The notes beneath the pieces are model-generated. The model had not been told where the DNA came from. It was given only the letters and a program-made list of their open reading frames with translations, and did not search any database. From assembly GCF_001194135.2 (NCBI RefSeq), contig NC_068989.1:40942290-41005146 (forward strand): 62,857 nucleotides of DNA. The letters run 5' to 3'. Below, in pieces: positions 34,993-48,512 of this stretch. This stretch comes from Octopus bimaculoides. Lineage: Eukaryota. A program made the translations under genes and the position numbers. Position 1 is the first letter of the stretch, and each line of letters begins with the position of its first letter.

Positions 34993-36041
34993 GTGTGTGC
35001 GAGTGTGAGTGTGCGCGGGAATGTTTGTGTATGTGTGTGTGCACGAATGTTTGTGTGTGTGTGTGTGTGAAGAATGCAGTTGCGTGAAACTTGGGTCGGG
35101 AAATAAGCTTGCAGTTTCAATAAGCAAGACAGGTAGATACACACACACACATATATATATATATATATGTATACATACACATATACATGCATACATACAT
35201 ACATACATACATACATACATACATACATANNNNNNNNNNCATACATACATACATACATATTCATACGATTACGATTTGGAATGCTAACACAAAAATGGCA
35301 TGTAGAATATATCTATTTCTGCATAGTCGATGGCTGGTTCCATAGCTGCTCTAAGTTTTACGCACATACGACTATTTAGGCTTCTTAGAAGTGAAATTGG
35401 TAAAGCATAAAAGGTAGTTAAAATATTTATTCATTCTTAACTCCCGTTTGTTGGCAGAAGTCAGGTGCTGATCTTCCCTGCTTTCTCAAGGGAGCTATAT
35501 ACACCAGACAACGATATTTAGCAAAATATAACAGTACTAACAAAATATACTTGTAAAGGAAAATGCAACCAACATCCATAGTCCTGCAGGATCAGAGATA
35601 GTATCAGAACCACTTCCTTTTCACCATACTACCGAAGGAGGTCCTTTTAGGATAAAAATATATATATATATACACACATACATACATACATACATACATA
35701 CATACATACATACATACATACATACACATGAATGTGTGCTTTTATGTGAAATTGTATGACGAAACAGTCAAATAACTGAAGAATTACTAAATATATTTAA
35801 GTATAGTATCACATTTTTTCAACATCGAAGTTTCAGCTTAATCACCTTCGACAAACAGAGAATGTTCATCTTGAAGTGCTGGATTTAGTGATTAGAAAGT
35901 TACCATGTTTTACTAATGTATTTTGGAGGGTATATACAGAAGCATTTTTATAAAGTTTTCTTGGGGGAGAAGACGTTGTTAGAAGAAAAAATGTAGAAGG
36001 AAGGAAGGAAGGAACTGTACAAATATTTATGCGTATACCCA

Positions 36042-37090
36042 TAGGAGGATCGGCTGAAAAGTTCATACTCTGACCAAGATACTTTGATGGAATGCGTCTA
36101 AATGAGGTTTATTTTTCAACATATTCCCCCTTGCGGTCCATACACTTCTTCCATCGCTGTTGCAATGCTCGGATCCCACTGGTGAAGACGTTTTCATCCT
36201 GTCGGTCAAAAAGTCATGAACAGCTGATATGACGTCATCATCACTACGACACTAGTTCCCAGACAAGCGTTTTTTTTTTTCATGTTGGAGAACAGATGAT
36301 AGTCAGATAGGGAGGGCGATCAACGGGTTCAAATCCACTGTCACGCACAGCAGTCATTAAAACCAAGGACTTGTGCACTTGAATATTGTCTTGATGAAAC
36401 AAGACCCCTTTCATCAGTTATCCTGGGCGATTTGTTTTGATAGCTTTTCGTAACTGCCTCGGCAAGTTGGCATTGTACTCTCCATTGATGGTGTGAACTT
36501 TTGAACATAGTCAGTAAACACAATGCCAATTGTATTCCAAAAAACTGAGGCCATCATCACCCTCCCTGTAGATGAAACGGCCTTAGACTTCATTGGAGCG
36601 GGTGACGAGGGATGTTTCCGCTGCATAGACTGTCTCTTTGTCTCTAACTCAAATTAATGAACCTAATACTCATCCTAGGTTAGGAAGCGTTCAAGGAAAC
36701 CAGTTGGATCTGCCTCAAACAATATCAGAGTTTCGCAGGATGTAGAAAACTTCGTCGTACCAAGTTCATTTTGCAGAACATTCTCAACTCTCTCACGAGA
36801 TATACTAATTGCATTGGTTATTTGATTTATAGTCAATCGCCTGTCATCCATTACCATGTGGTGAATATGGTCAATGTTTTCCTCAGTGGTGGTAACTGTA
36901 AGACGTCCAGACATTGGGTCATCTTTAACATTTTCCCTTTCCCTCCTAATTTTAACTACCTATTTTTCCACTGTTGATAAAACTGAATCGTTATCTCCTA
37001 ATGTAGCAACCATTCAGCATGAATGTCATTGGGGACTAAACCACTTTTCTGCAGGTACTTCATAACACCACCACCACACGATTTTCTGGA
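36042..37090 (-). mobile_element. Mariner-like element (irritans-like), decayed
   Basis: TIR remnant taggaggatcggctgaaaagttcata; SGRLTVTTTEENI..DRRLTINQI, VMASVFW, KGVLFHQDN, D.PPY, and a C-terminus resembling ..RWKKCV. Confidence 0.85.
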
Positions 37091-38051
37091 AACGTTGCTA
37101 CTAGTTACGTGTAAAGTCTTCTTTGAACAGTCAGATATCAGTTTTACACAGAAAGAAACAATGCAGCTATTAAAAAGTAGTGTTCAAACTAATGCATGCA
37201 AGATTCCACAGCTGTACCATCACTCCTTCATAGTCAGCCTACGAACTTTTCAATCCATCCTTGTACATAAATATATATATATATNNNNNNNNNNNNNNNN
37301 NNNNNNNNNNNNNNNNNNNNNNNNNNNNNNNNNNNNNNNNNNNNNNNNNNNNNNNNNNNNNNNNNNNNNNNNNNNNNNNNNNNNNNNNNNNNNNNNNNNN
37401 NNNNNNNNNNNNNNNNNNNNNNNNNNNNNNNNNNNNNNNNNNNNNNNNNNNNNNNNNNNNNNNNNNNNNNNNNNNNNNNNNNNNNNNNNNNNNNNNNNNN
37501 NNNNNNNNNNNNNNNNNNNNNNNNNNNNNNNNNNNNNNNNNNNNNNNNNNNNNNNNNNNNNNNNNNNNNNNNNNNNNNNNNNNNNNNNNNNNNNNNNNNN
37601 NNNNNNNNNNNNNNNNNNNNNNNNNNNNNNNNNNNNNNNNNNNNNNNNNNNNNNNNNNNNNNNNNNNNNNNNNNNNNNNNNNNNNNNNNNNNNNNNNNNN
37701 NNNNNNNNNNNNNNNNNNNNNNNNNNNNNNNNNNNNNNNNNNNNNNNNNNNNNNNNNNNNNNNNNNNNNNNNNNNNNNNNNNNNNNNNNNNNNNNNNNNN
37801 NNNNNNNNNNNNNNNNNNNNNNNNNNNNNNNNNNNNNNNNNNNNNNNNNNNNNNNNNNNNNNNNNNNNNNNNNNNNNNNNNNNNNNNNNNNNNNNNNNNN
37901 NNNNNNNNNNNNNNNNNNNNNNNNNNNNNNNNNNNNNNNNNNNNNNNNNNNNNNNNNNNNNNNNNNNNNNNNNNNNNNNNNNNNNNNNNNNNNNNNNNNN
38001 NNNNNNNNNNNNNNNNNNNNNNNNNACTGAAACAAGTAAAAGAATAAAAGA

Positions 38052-38094
<43 letters not shown>

Positions 38095-38154
38095 TACATA
38101 AGAGTATGATGTATGTGTGTTGGAGTAAGGTGATTGCTGTTGTTATCGTTTCTT

Positions 38155-38335
38155 TTTAGCCCCAGGTCAACAAAAGTCGAATAGATCATGTATGGGCCCC
38201 GGGCATATCAATAGTGTTCCAGATATGACTACTCTGTCTTTTTTTAATATATATGAATACATTATATGTGTTCTCTTCGTGTTAAGGGAGATTTGGCTGC
38301 TATCTTTTCTTAGTCAAATGACCACGTAAGCTAAC
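38155..38335 (+). repeat. Unclassified interspersed repeat family D
   Basis: cccaggtcaac..tgttccagatatgactactctgtctttttt..gagatttggctgctat..gaccacgta. Confidence 0.5.
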
Positions 38336-38376
38336 AATGAATATTTTTCTTGCATTACTCGATACCGCTTCATTTT

Positions 38377-38393
38377 GTGCGTGCGCGCGTGCA

Positions 38394-38437
<44 letters not shown>

Positions 38438-38440
38438 TGT
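38377..38440. repeat. (GCGT)n tetranucleotide microsatellite
   Basis: Pure GCGT run. Confidence 0.95.
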
Positions 38441-38869
38441 GATAACATCAAAATCTTTACTATTTAATGTCAGAGCAACTTGGATGCTGTCTTCAGAATC
38501 CTAAATTGTTTTGGTTCTTTGCTTTGAAAAAGAAACAAAGATTATTGTCAAATAATAATTTTTAAAAATACTCTGGTTAGAACTGCTATGGATCAATTTT
38601 TGATTTTACAAGAATTAACACGGATCAATTCTAAATTCACGAAGATTACTAAAGGCCAATTTCAAAGTTCACACACACACACACATTAGTATGGGGACAA
38701 AAGAAAACATGACATAAAAATATCTCGTAAAAGCAAAGTTAATTAAAAGGACTAAAAGAAAACTAAAGAATTTCGTTCAAAAACTATTCCACTTTACGAT
38801 TTTTAAAATAAATTATGCTGTTTTATTTATTGCAAAACAATGTCACAGGGATTTTTAATGTCAAGGGAC

Positions 38870-39680
38870 TTGGGTGATATCTCTGTGGCGTAACCGGTTT
38901 CTGAACTTTGTTTTCAAGTTCGCAAATAAACAAAGGCAGCGGTATTTTTGTCGCTTTCACATGCAGTTTTGAAAGCCTACTCCGATTTTCGGCTTTTGAC
39001 ATCCAAAAAGAAATCAGATCTGTTTTTCTCTGAATTCTATGATTGCTTCAATGTTAGGGCGAAGTTCAAGAGATGTCTTTGCCAATCTTTCAGGCTTTTC
39101 AGCTTCAGTAGTAAGTTTATAGTCAAAAGAATTCACAACCCAACAGATTCTAAGTGAATAATGCTCTGCGAAATAATCAAACAACCACTTGTTTGAATTT
39201 GGTAAGATGCCTTGTAAACGATTCTTTTATGTTTAGACGTCACTAATCTTGTATTCGCCAAAATCTTGTTAAAACGTTATTTCTGCTAGTTTCAGAAAGC
39301 GATTATCTCGTTTCGATCTACTTTCTAGTTCCAGTGCAGAAACTTAGATTCAAATTCTGAATTGCTTGGTCTTACTAAACTAACATTAATGCTTTCCTTT
39401 GCAATTCCTTGTTCAATGGTGTGACGTTCCCAAAGAAATCGGTTAAATAAGAAAAATGTAACAGCGAAATGGAGTTAATGAACTTCTCTGAAAGAACAGG
39501 GTTTTCACCCCACACTAAGGTTTTTAAAGTTCAACTGTGAATACTCAAACTTCATTGAGAATGTGTCCAGATGAAAGCCACTGAACTTTTGTGAAAAAGA
39601 TAGAAGTCTTAGTCCATCTAATCGGAGCATGAGCACACACGAGGACGGAAAGTGTCACTGAGGAGGTCGGATGTATGACG
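38870..39680 (-). mobile_element. hAT (Buster/Charlie-like) transposase C-terminal remnant
   Basis: FFTKVQWLSSGHIL (cf. HTEVRWLSRG), FSYLTDFFG..LNKELQ (cf. LAYLxDIF..LN..LQG), and a terminal ..HPS.* motif; heavily frameshifted. Confidence 0.65.
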
Positions 39681-40129
39681 AAAGACTTCTGGACAATGGA
39701 CACGAGTTAGAATAAGAACAGTAATAACCGAGTGAAGAACAAATATATAGTGCATGTGTTTGTTTAATTGGCAAAAAATATGACCATCCCGAAATACAAC
39801 AATATCTGTTTCCACACACGGTTTCACATCAGAAATCTTGCAACACAAATCCATATATCTAATTGCTTACAGCAGAATTCTTTAATTCATATATTTTATA
39901 AGTAGCGATTTAAAAGACTAAAATAATTTGTTATTAATCATGAAATAAATATTTAAATAATCTACTTCGTTACCAATAAAGAAGAATAAAATAATGCTGA
40001 TGTAATAGACAAACACAATTCTCTATTTCCAAAGGATACCGCAGCACACGTCCTGGAACACCAAAATGTGTCTAGTGCTGTAAAAGAACGTCGCATAAAA
40101 CTGTTGAAAATGCAATATTAAAGCTTTCT

Positions 40130-40770
40130 AATAAAGGCACAAGGCCTGAAACTTTTGGTGGAAAGGATCTACTCGATTACAGTTAGTACCAGTGCTCCAC
40201 TGATATTACTACATCGACCGCGAAAGAATGAAAACCAAAGTCGACCTGGTTAGAATTTGAAATCATAACGTAAAGATAAAAGAAATGCCGTTAAGCCTTT
40301 TGTCCTCCGTGCTGAAAACTCAACCAGTTCAACTTAATAATAATAATTCGGTTTATTATAGGTACAAGGGTTACAAATTTGGGGAAAGGGGCTGATCAAT
40401 TACATCGACCCCCAGTGCTTGACTTGTACTTATTTCATCGACTCCAGAAGGAAGAAAGGCAAAGTCGACCTCGGCAGAATTTGAACTCAGACGTAAAGCC
40501 GGACGAAATGTCGCTAAGTATTTTATCCGGCATGCTAACGATTCTGCTAGCTCATCAACTTGATAATAATAATAATCCTTTCTACTATAAGCACAAGGCC
40601 TGAAATTTGAGGGGACGGGATAATCAGTTACATCGACCTCAGTACCCAATTGGTACTTATTTTATCGACTCTGAGAGGATGAAAGGTAGAACTTGAACTC
40701 AAAACGTAAAGACAGATGAAATTCCACTAAGCATTTTGTCCGGCATGCTAACGATTCTGCCAGCTCACCA
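40130..40770 (-). mobile_element. Three head-to-tail SINE family A copies
   Basis: Reverse bodies at about 40130-40330, 40360-40560 and 40583-40770, with (AAT) tails between. Confidence 0.85.
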
Positions 40771-40799
40771 ACTTAATGAAAATAAAAAAATTTTAAAAT

Positions 40800-40800
40800 G

Positions 40801-40869
<69 letters not shown>

Positions 40870-40870
40870 T
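40800..40870. repeat. (ATA)n microsatellite at the 3' end of the adjacent LINE
   Basis: ATA/ATG run. Confidence 0.92.
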
Positions 40871-43620
40871 TTTCTTTGTTGACCAATTCGGGTTTCCAAA
40901 AAGCATTGGGAACGGCACAAGACAATACAATGTAGGCTTACATAAATAGAAGCACGTAAACAGTAAAAGACGAAAGCAATATAAATTTTAACCACGAAAC
41001 ATTCTCCAAAAGTGGGAGACTTCCAAGGGCTGCTCGTGAAGGCACCAAAAAACCATGATCACCTTGTTCACTATAGCCAGTGCTTTCTCCACATCGTCCT
41101 CCTTCAATCTCAGGCGCATGCTTAGAGTAGGTCTGTTCACTTGGACCTTTCTTGTCACCTCTCAATAAGATTGCTAGCACTTTCACTCTCTACCCCCATC
41201 TTCCTTTACAAGTGGAACTTGAAAATGCTGATGATGTCTTGACTGAACAAAGTATCTACCCTTTCAATCAGGTCCACCACACAGCCTCTTTTGCTAAGGA
41301 CTTCAAACAAATAAACACTACCTGCCCCTTCTGGCCAAATGAAGACGACAGGACAGTCTTTACAATAGACTCAGATGATAGCCGGATCCCTCCTTCGCGT
41401 GATAGCAGGTATTCGACGTAAGCCCACAAGCCATCAATGCTCAGGCATTGGACGGGAGCATGCAGAAAAGTTTCACTACTCTGCGCACACCTCGGCGAAG
41501 CCCAGCTGACGGTACTTTTATGCATGTAGAATTTATCCCGAATCGGCAATGCTCCCCGGTAGCTCCCCGGTATTTCGGGAAATTATCCATGTACTCTGGC
41601 CCGAAAGTTCTCCGAATAGACCAACCAATTGATTCTCGTCGATACCCAGTCTCTCCGCGAATATCGTCGCATTTTCACGCTATAGAACGCCAAAACGGAA
41701 CTTCCACCGATCGCGTGGCCCGACTGACAGGGGACTGTGTGTGCCTGACGACACTCTAGGTACCAGGCGCATTGCTCAGTCAAAGAGACTAGCTACGGAA
41801 GGTCGAGTGTGACAGACGGTGATCACACTTGTTCACTAAGAAGCGCTGGAGATATCGTAAACCCAGTGCATGTCTGTGCATCAGCAACCACGGCGTGCTC
41901 AGTCCTCTTTTTAGTACGTGATGAAAATAAAAGAAGTGCCTGACCAATGGAGCGCGTCCTTTCCACAGAAAGTGTTGGTGGTCGACTCTATCGAAGGCAA
42001 TAGATTGATCCAAATTGATTAGAACCCCGCTCATACCAGCTTCTTCACCCACTGTCTAAATATGCACCGCATATTTACACAGAGGTGGAGGTTGTCTTGG
42101 ATAGATCTGCTTGGGATGGCGCATGTTTGGGCCATTTCTTGTTAAGGACTGACTTCGTCAACACCCGCTTAACTAATTCGCTTATTCGGTCTCTGTAATC
42201 TGGGCACACCGGGAGTGATGCGTTCAGCTTCCTGTCACCAGGTACCTGTCTATGAAGCCTACGATTTTGAAAAATGCTATCGTTATCTACCAACTTATTC
42301 TATCGTTATCTACCAACCAATAGACTACTCTATCTAGATACGACCTAGATAACCTGATGCAGTTCGTCCATGTCCACACTATCACATTTGAGAAATCCAG
42401 TTGGTACCTGTCAGACAGTTAAAAATGTTTGAGCAGGTTTATGAGGCTTTTGCACCCTCTCTTTTAACAGCTAGCTCCACACAACCTAAACGTGCTTCCG
42501 ACACAACCTTCCAGTCACCTATTAGCAATAAAAGTCGAGGCATTCCCAGAAAAACCTCCAGACATCTGAAGAAATCTGGCTGGCCTGCCGCTGTCGGAGC
42601 ATAAACAATCACCAGTCTTTAAAGCATCCCCATTGCTACTGGTCACATCCAAGACCACCGATCTATCTTCTGAGTCCAGGAAGATGGCTCTTACCTTGAG
42701 ATCCTGGCCTTTCTAGCACAACACCACAGTTCCTCCATTCCCATTCCCTATTGACGTGGAGATAAGTAAATATCGTATCCATTGAAATGGGCATAAAAGC
42801 TTGTTGGTTGGAAAGTCTGGTCTCAGTGACAGCCACGACATCTATACTTAGTGATCAATGAATAGGTGGCCCCGTTTCCAAGGCGACTCTAGGCATTTAT
42901 ATTACCTGTTCTGAGTAAAGTCATATTTGTGAGAGACGAAGAAGAGAATCGCTACCCATTTTCAGTGGAGAGACAGGTGTTCCATCCATCTAACTATTTG
43001 TGGGTATCTCTACGAGCATTTCTTTGAAGTGTCTTTTGTTTATGGTCCCACAGAAATCTCCCATTCCTTTGAGATATTTTGCTTTCTCTTTGTTGTTTGT
43101 TGCGTTGTTTATCATTTTAATGTGAAAAGGGATATTATTCGGGAGCGAGATGTATCCATATAGAGTATTTTTTGATATAATTTATTAAGTTTTTGCTGTT
43201 TGCGTCTATAGCCTTGTAATTGTTGATGTTTTGAGAGTACTGTTCATGTTGTTAGTCTGGATTGCTATGTGTTTTCGTTTGTTGAGGTGTTTATATTCTT
43301 GGTGATGTTTGTAGCGTTGGAGATGTTTGTAATTGTGTTGGTGTAGAGTGTGTAGATATTTGGTAGTTTGTTGGTTTTTGTGTCTCCTCATCTCTTCGTT
43401 TTTAGTCCTGTACCGCGCTTATCGTTTTGCAATTTTTTTCTTTTTCCTTTCACTAGGATCCATTCTGGTGGTCTTTCCAGACTATTTTCCTCCCTAAACG
43501 AGTTTTCAGAGTCGGAGAAATCTGTGGCAGCGAGGAGAGGTATGTCTGCATAGTCGTGCCTTTCTAAGCTGGTGGTCTGGTCGACTGGTGTGAATGAGGC
43601 TTCTCTCGGTTGCGATGGTG
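40870..43620 (-). mobile_element. L1/Tx1-like LINE remnant (ORF1 tail, endonuclease, RT fragments, C-terminal zinc finger)
   Basis: (W)KLNASL; LINLDQSIAFDRVDHQ (RT); PRCAQSSETFLHAPVQC (CCHC); LAKEAVWWT; T/Q/P-rich ORF1 tail at 43200-43400; large internal deletions. Confidence 0.78.
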
Positions 43621-43908
43621 TAGATGATGTTATTGCTTCTCTCGGATGTGTTCCCGATGCTTGCTGCTGATGTTGAATGGATCTATTGGCGTCAATTAAC
43701 TTTTTTTTTCCACAAGTCTTACTTTATTCGACTACACACTTGTGCGAAACTGTTCTTATTTTGTTTAGAAATAAGAACGACAGCTGTTTACGTTGTATTA
43801 ATTGTTAGCGACGTTCAAAGAAAAGGTGAGATAACATCTGTTTTCTTGCAACAAAAGTTTCCATTTCTTCGCATATGGCACAAAAGCACACGCTTTTTAG
43901 AATGTCTC

Positions 43909-43975
43909 AATGAGATATTCTGTTTAATGAGATATTCTGTTTAATGAGATATTCTGTTTAATGAGATATTCTGTT
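43909..43975. repeat. 17-bp tandem repeat x4 (aatgagatattctgttt)
   Basis: Three perfect units plus a 16/17 fourth. Confidence 0.97.
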
Positions 43976-44204
43976 CTCTCAGAATAACCCTGAATGTACT
44001 ACATAAACAGAACCACTCTTTATAACACGGAATGTTTTGAGCTTCACTTACTAATATAAAACCAAATAGGAAAAATTCAATAGTCACTAATTGTGACTGA
44101 CAGTGTAGGATAGCACCTACATTACTAGGAATAAGTTAAAACCCACCTTAGAGACGCAAAAGGCAGTGGTATCTTTCATTTTTCTCCCCTCTATCAAATC
44201 CATT

Positions 44205-44330
44205 CAAAAGGCTTTGATTGGCTTGTAGCTATACTAGAAAACATTTACCCAAGGTGCCATACAGTGGGACTGAACCAGAAACCATGCCGTTGGGAAGCAA
44301 TGTTCTTACCACACAACCACCCCTGCACCT
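44205..44330 (-). mobile_element. SINE family B, 5' part
   Basis: ..cccaaggtgccatacagtgggactgaacc..ttcttaccacacaaccacccctgcacc. Confidence 0.75.
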
Positions 44331-44554
44331 ATGTTGTTAATTAATCTAACTAAAATAAAAGTTTTACTCTGTGAAGATGTTTCAACTGAAACATCTTATT
44401 TAACCGTTTTTTGGTGCATTGCAGAGTGAATACTTAGTGTATTGTTACTGGTGAGTTGGACGAGGTACCTTGTGATCGGACCATTCACTCTATCCATTTG
44501 CGCCTAATTGGGATTTTAATTCAGAATTCAAAAGGGCCGAAAAGCTGTGAAATT

Positions 44555-44740
44555 ACGTGGCTTAGTGGTCAAGTGTTTACACTCACGATCGCGAGATCAT
44601 GGTTCCGACTCCCGGAAGATTTTGAACAAAACACTCCATTCATTTCATGTTGCTCCAGTCCAGCCAGCTGTGAATGAATTCAGGCAATAGCTGGGAAGTT
44701 AACGGTACAAAGGATCGGCATCCCATTTAGGAGGGAAATG
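44555..44740 (+). mobile_element. SINE family C (degenerate)
   Basis: gtggcttagtggtcaag..ggttccgactccc..tttcatgttgctccagtcc. Confidence 0.7.
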
Positions 44741-44759
44741 CTACTAACTCAGTACAACG

Positions 44760-44930
44760 CTTTAACAATTCCGCCTGTCTATCACCTGGAATTGGTACCT
44801 CATTCACATCCGAAAGACGCAAACACAAAGCTGACATCGGTGGGATTTGAACTCAGAGCGCAGAAAGCTCAAATGAATACTGCTAGGTATTTTATCCAAT
44901 GCAACACAAATTCTGCCAGTTTGCCTTCAT
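44760..44930 (-). mobile_element. SINE family A (degenerate)
   Basis: tggtacc..ccgaaagacgcaaacacaaagctgacatcggtgggatttgaactcagagcg. Confidence 0.68.
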
Positions 44931-45384
44931 CAGAATATATTTGTATTCGAGATTATCAAAATTACTCATCAATTCGGCCTTTATAATAAACTTCATCTTG
45001 GATCACAGTGTCCCTTCATTAAGAAGCTTTCCATAGAAGAAGCAATGCTGAGAATTTCTGAATTTTGTTTGTTTTCCAATGAAAAAATAATAGTTTTGAT
45101 ATGGACGGTGTGCTATCTGTACAACCAATAAAACTCTTATTTGTATATATTACAGTAACAGAGAGCACTTACATTATACATATCCGTGTAATACCGTTGA
45201 TTTTAACACTAGAAAGAAATATTCGGCAATGGTGTGATCTAACGTCGACTAAGAATTTTGACCCATGATCAGTGATAGCAGTAGAGCTCCTTTAATAACT
45301 ATGTTTTCTAGAGTTAAATCTATTCATTTCTGATGTAACTGCAACAAAAGATGTTTCAGATAGACGTATAACAATCATACTGAC

Positions 45385-45570
45385 TTCAAATTTTGGCACA
45401 ATGCCAGCAGTTTAGGAGGAGGGTCAAGTCGATTACATCAATACCAGTACTTGACTGGTACTTATTTTATTGACCGTCGAAAGGCAAAGTCGACCTCGGC
45501 AGAATTTGAACTCAGAACGTAAAGACGGACGAAACACCGTTAACCATTTTTCCTGGATTGCTAACGATTT
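45385..45570 (-). mobile_element. SINE family A
   Basis: aaggcaaagtcgacctcggcagaatttgaactcagaacgtaaagacggacg. Confidence 0.83.
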
Positions 45571-45721
45571 CGCCAGCTTGATGCCCTACATGTAACAACC
45601 ATATTAGCCATTGAAACTAAACGGAGTTTGCAACACTTATCGTCCATGTCCAGTACTTCTGTTTGCTTTCACTAAGATTTACAGCTGATATTTTATTTGG
45701 GTTATTATTTTTGTAAAGTCA

Positions 45722-45975
45722 CGTAACATAGTGGTCAGGGTGTTGCTCTCGCGATTGTAAGGTTTTGGTTTCAATTCCCCGAGTGTTGTGCTCTGTTGTG
45801 TTCTTCAGCAAAACACTTCATTTCACGTTGCTCTAATTCATTCAGCTGTAAATGAATTTCAGCAGTACTTGGGAAGTTAATCCTGCGATGTACCAGCACC
45901 ACGTTCATGGAATGGGGCTGTTGTAATCTCATTCACTTATACACCAGGGAAACCAGATTAGACTCTGGCCTTATG
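45722..45975 (+). mobile_element. SINE family C-like (degenerate)
   Basis: catagtggtcagggtg..ggtttcaattcccc..cacttcatttcacgttgctc. Confidence 0.65.
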
Positions 45976-46859
45976 TCATGACAAACCTCAACATATTATC
46001 TTTTCCTTGTTTAATCAAAAGAAGAAGAGCAGCAGACTCACATCCCTTTTTCGTGGAGTTGAGACTAATGGAAAGAAGGGACGAAATTTTCCTCAAACGG
46101 GAGACTTACTATCCAAATACTGAGTTGACTCCGCTAAAATGCGCAGATAATCTCTTTGAATCTCGTAGTTATTTTACCAACGGAATAACAATATTTTAAT
46201 ATGAACAGTACTCTGTGCCAGTAATTAAAACAGGACAAAAAAGACTTTCGTTATCAAAAATATCTACTCAAAAATATTTTTTTATATCTGGTGCGTTATT
46301 GAAGCCTTCTGCAGCATATATATATATATATATATATATAGAGTGGTGGGATTTTTAATATCAGTTGATGCATCAAAATGTAATACCAAATTCCATTATT
46401 TTACGGTGACAGAAATATGTTTTTCCAATTATTCTGCTTTAGCATATTAGAAAACAGTTGACTATTAGGTTATTTCTTGTTCAACTTCATTATCAGCTAT
46501 CGGTCTAATAATTGACTTGCTGACAAATAAATGATTCGCCTATAATAGTGTGCTTTCGCATATTGTAATACCATACTTGTAATCTAATAGATAACATACC
46601 TTTATTTTAAACTCTTAATACATTCGTCTACTCCACCCAAAAAATATCTCACTTTTATTTTTGCTTATAAACTTTTCTGTTCACTGCTGGGTGAATCCTT
46701 AGGAAACTAGCAAAAATCATGTTGATGATTCACATGAGAGTGGATTTTAAAAACGGTTAAATCGAATGTCACTGTCGAAAAATTGAGGAAAATAGAAAAC
46801 TCGACATCCATTTTAGTCAATATATGTTTAAGGGTAAAAGTATTTTCTGATATTTTGGA

Positions 46860-47040
46860 GAAGGGGGCTAGTCGATTACATCGACCCCAGTATTTGACTG
46901 ATAATTATTTTATCGGCCCCAAAAGGATGACAGGCAAAGTTTATCACGACGAAATATGAACTCAGATGGTGAAAGCCGGAATAAATACCACTAAGCATTT
47001 TGTCCAGTGTGCTAACGCTTCTGCCCGCTCACCGCCTTAA
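46860..47040 (-). mobile_element. SINE family A
   Basis: gtcgattacatcgaccccagta..tgctaacgcttctgcccgctcaccgcctt. Confidence 0.8.
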
Positions 47041-48304
47041 AATGCATTGATATAATATACTGAACTATAGATATATAGTGCTCAGGTGCATCACAACTCA
47101 TCAGTAAAAGTGAGGCAGAGAGCAAACATATAAGTCAAGTAAATACAGACTACAATGAAAGCTACAAATGTATGATTAGCACACAGAATAAAGACGCAAA
47201 AATAGAGAAAACCAAATATTAACTGACACAAAGAATAAATGTGCATTTGCACGTCAGACATAATATTGGCAAATTGGGGGAAGCATGGGACTTTTGAAGA
47301 ATGCAGTGTCTTGACAGCTATTGTTAGCTTATCCTATGCCACCACAATTATGAGTTGGGGAAAATGCTTCCGAAAGTAATGGATGTTGCACTGCGCCTGC
47401 GAAACAGTAGTAGGTAAAATAAACATATGAAGTTAGTGCTGAGGAGTGAAGAGAACAACATTCTACGTGTCAGCATTGAGCTCTCATGAAATACTCTTTT
47501 CCTGACGACCTCCTCCCTCCATACAAACCCCAAATAGCTGGACTGTCAATCCTCATAGAAAATCTGGATATGAAACAACTAGCATACCAAAAACAGGTTA
47601 TGCATGTGTATGTTTCCTAATATCGACATAATGTACAATCTTTATTAGACGCGTGACTGCAACATCAGATCGCATTTCGAATGCTATTCATTTGCAATTC
47701 AAAAGCAAGAGAATGCTACAAAACACCTAATAAATAAAAGATACAGTGAATCTCTTGGAGCCCCAAGCACTTGAAAATGGTGATCATCTCACATTTCTGT
47801 AGAAGGCACCACACACGGGATCAGCAACTGTCCAAAAGTGTCGTCAGGGTGGATTCTAATTACATGGAGCATGCGAATAGTAGAAAACTAATAAACACTA
47901 CTGAAACACAATATGGAAGCATTTATGTTAACTGCTAGCAAAACGTGGAATTTCCTTGTTCGTTCCATCCCCTAAATTATTCATAAGCACTTTGGGGTTA
48001 AGGAATTACTACGAATACAGTACTACAAGTAAGAGACAGATTTGGTTGGCCCCATGGATATAGCAGAAGATACTTTCTTTAAGTGTTTTACTGTAATATC
48101 GAACTTCCGAGGAGCAATGCGATATTCTTAACTATACTGACTGTAAAATGAATGTTTCGTTAGCTTTATTGTACTATGTTCAGATCCTACCATAAACATT
48201 GATCATAAGGACCCTATGGTTGTAGATCTCTTTAACCAATTTAGTCTCTAACATAGATATGGATTCAGTATGAATCGATTTTCAAAAGTATTTGAAATAT
48301 TCTT

Positions 48305-48512
48305 TTCTACTCATGGCATAAGGCTCAAAATGTTTAGGGGGGCCTGACTACTGGACCGTCCCCAGTACGCAACCGGTACTTAATTTATCGACCCCGAAAG
48401 GATGAAAGGCAAAGTTGACATCGACGGAATTTGAAGTCAGAACGTAAAGACAGAAGAAATATCACGAAGCATTTCGTCCAGCATGCTAACGTTTCTGCCA
48501 GCTCGCAGCCTC
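48305..48512 (-). mobile_element. SINE family A, full length
   Basis: ttttctactcatggcataaggc..gaccccgaaaggatgaaaggcaaag..ctgccagctcgcagcct. Confidence 0.85.

Noticed and set aside
47325-47412. Open stretch LILCHHNYELGKMLPKVMDVALRLRNSS followed by GTAAAA
   Set aside because: Weak acceptor and no recognisable domain.
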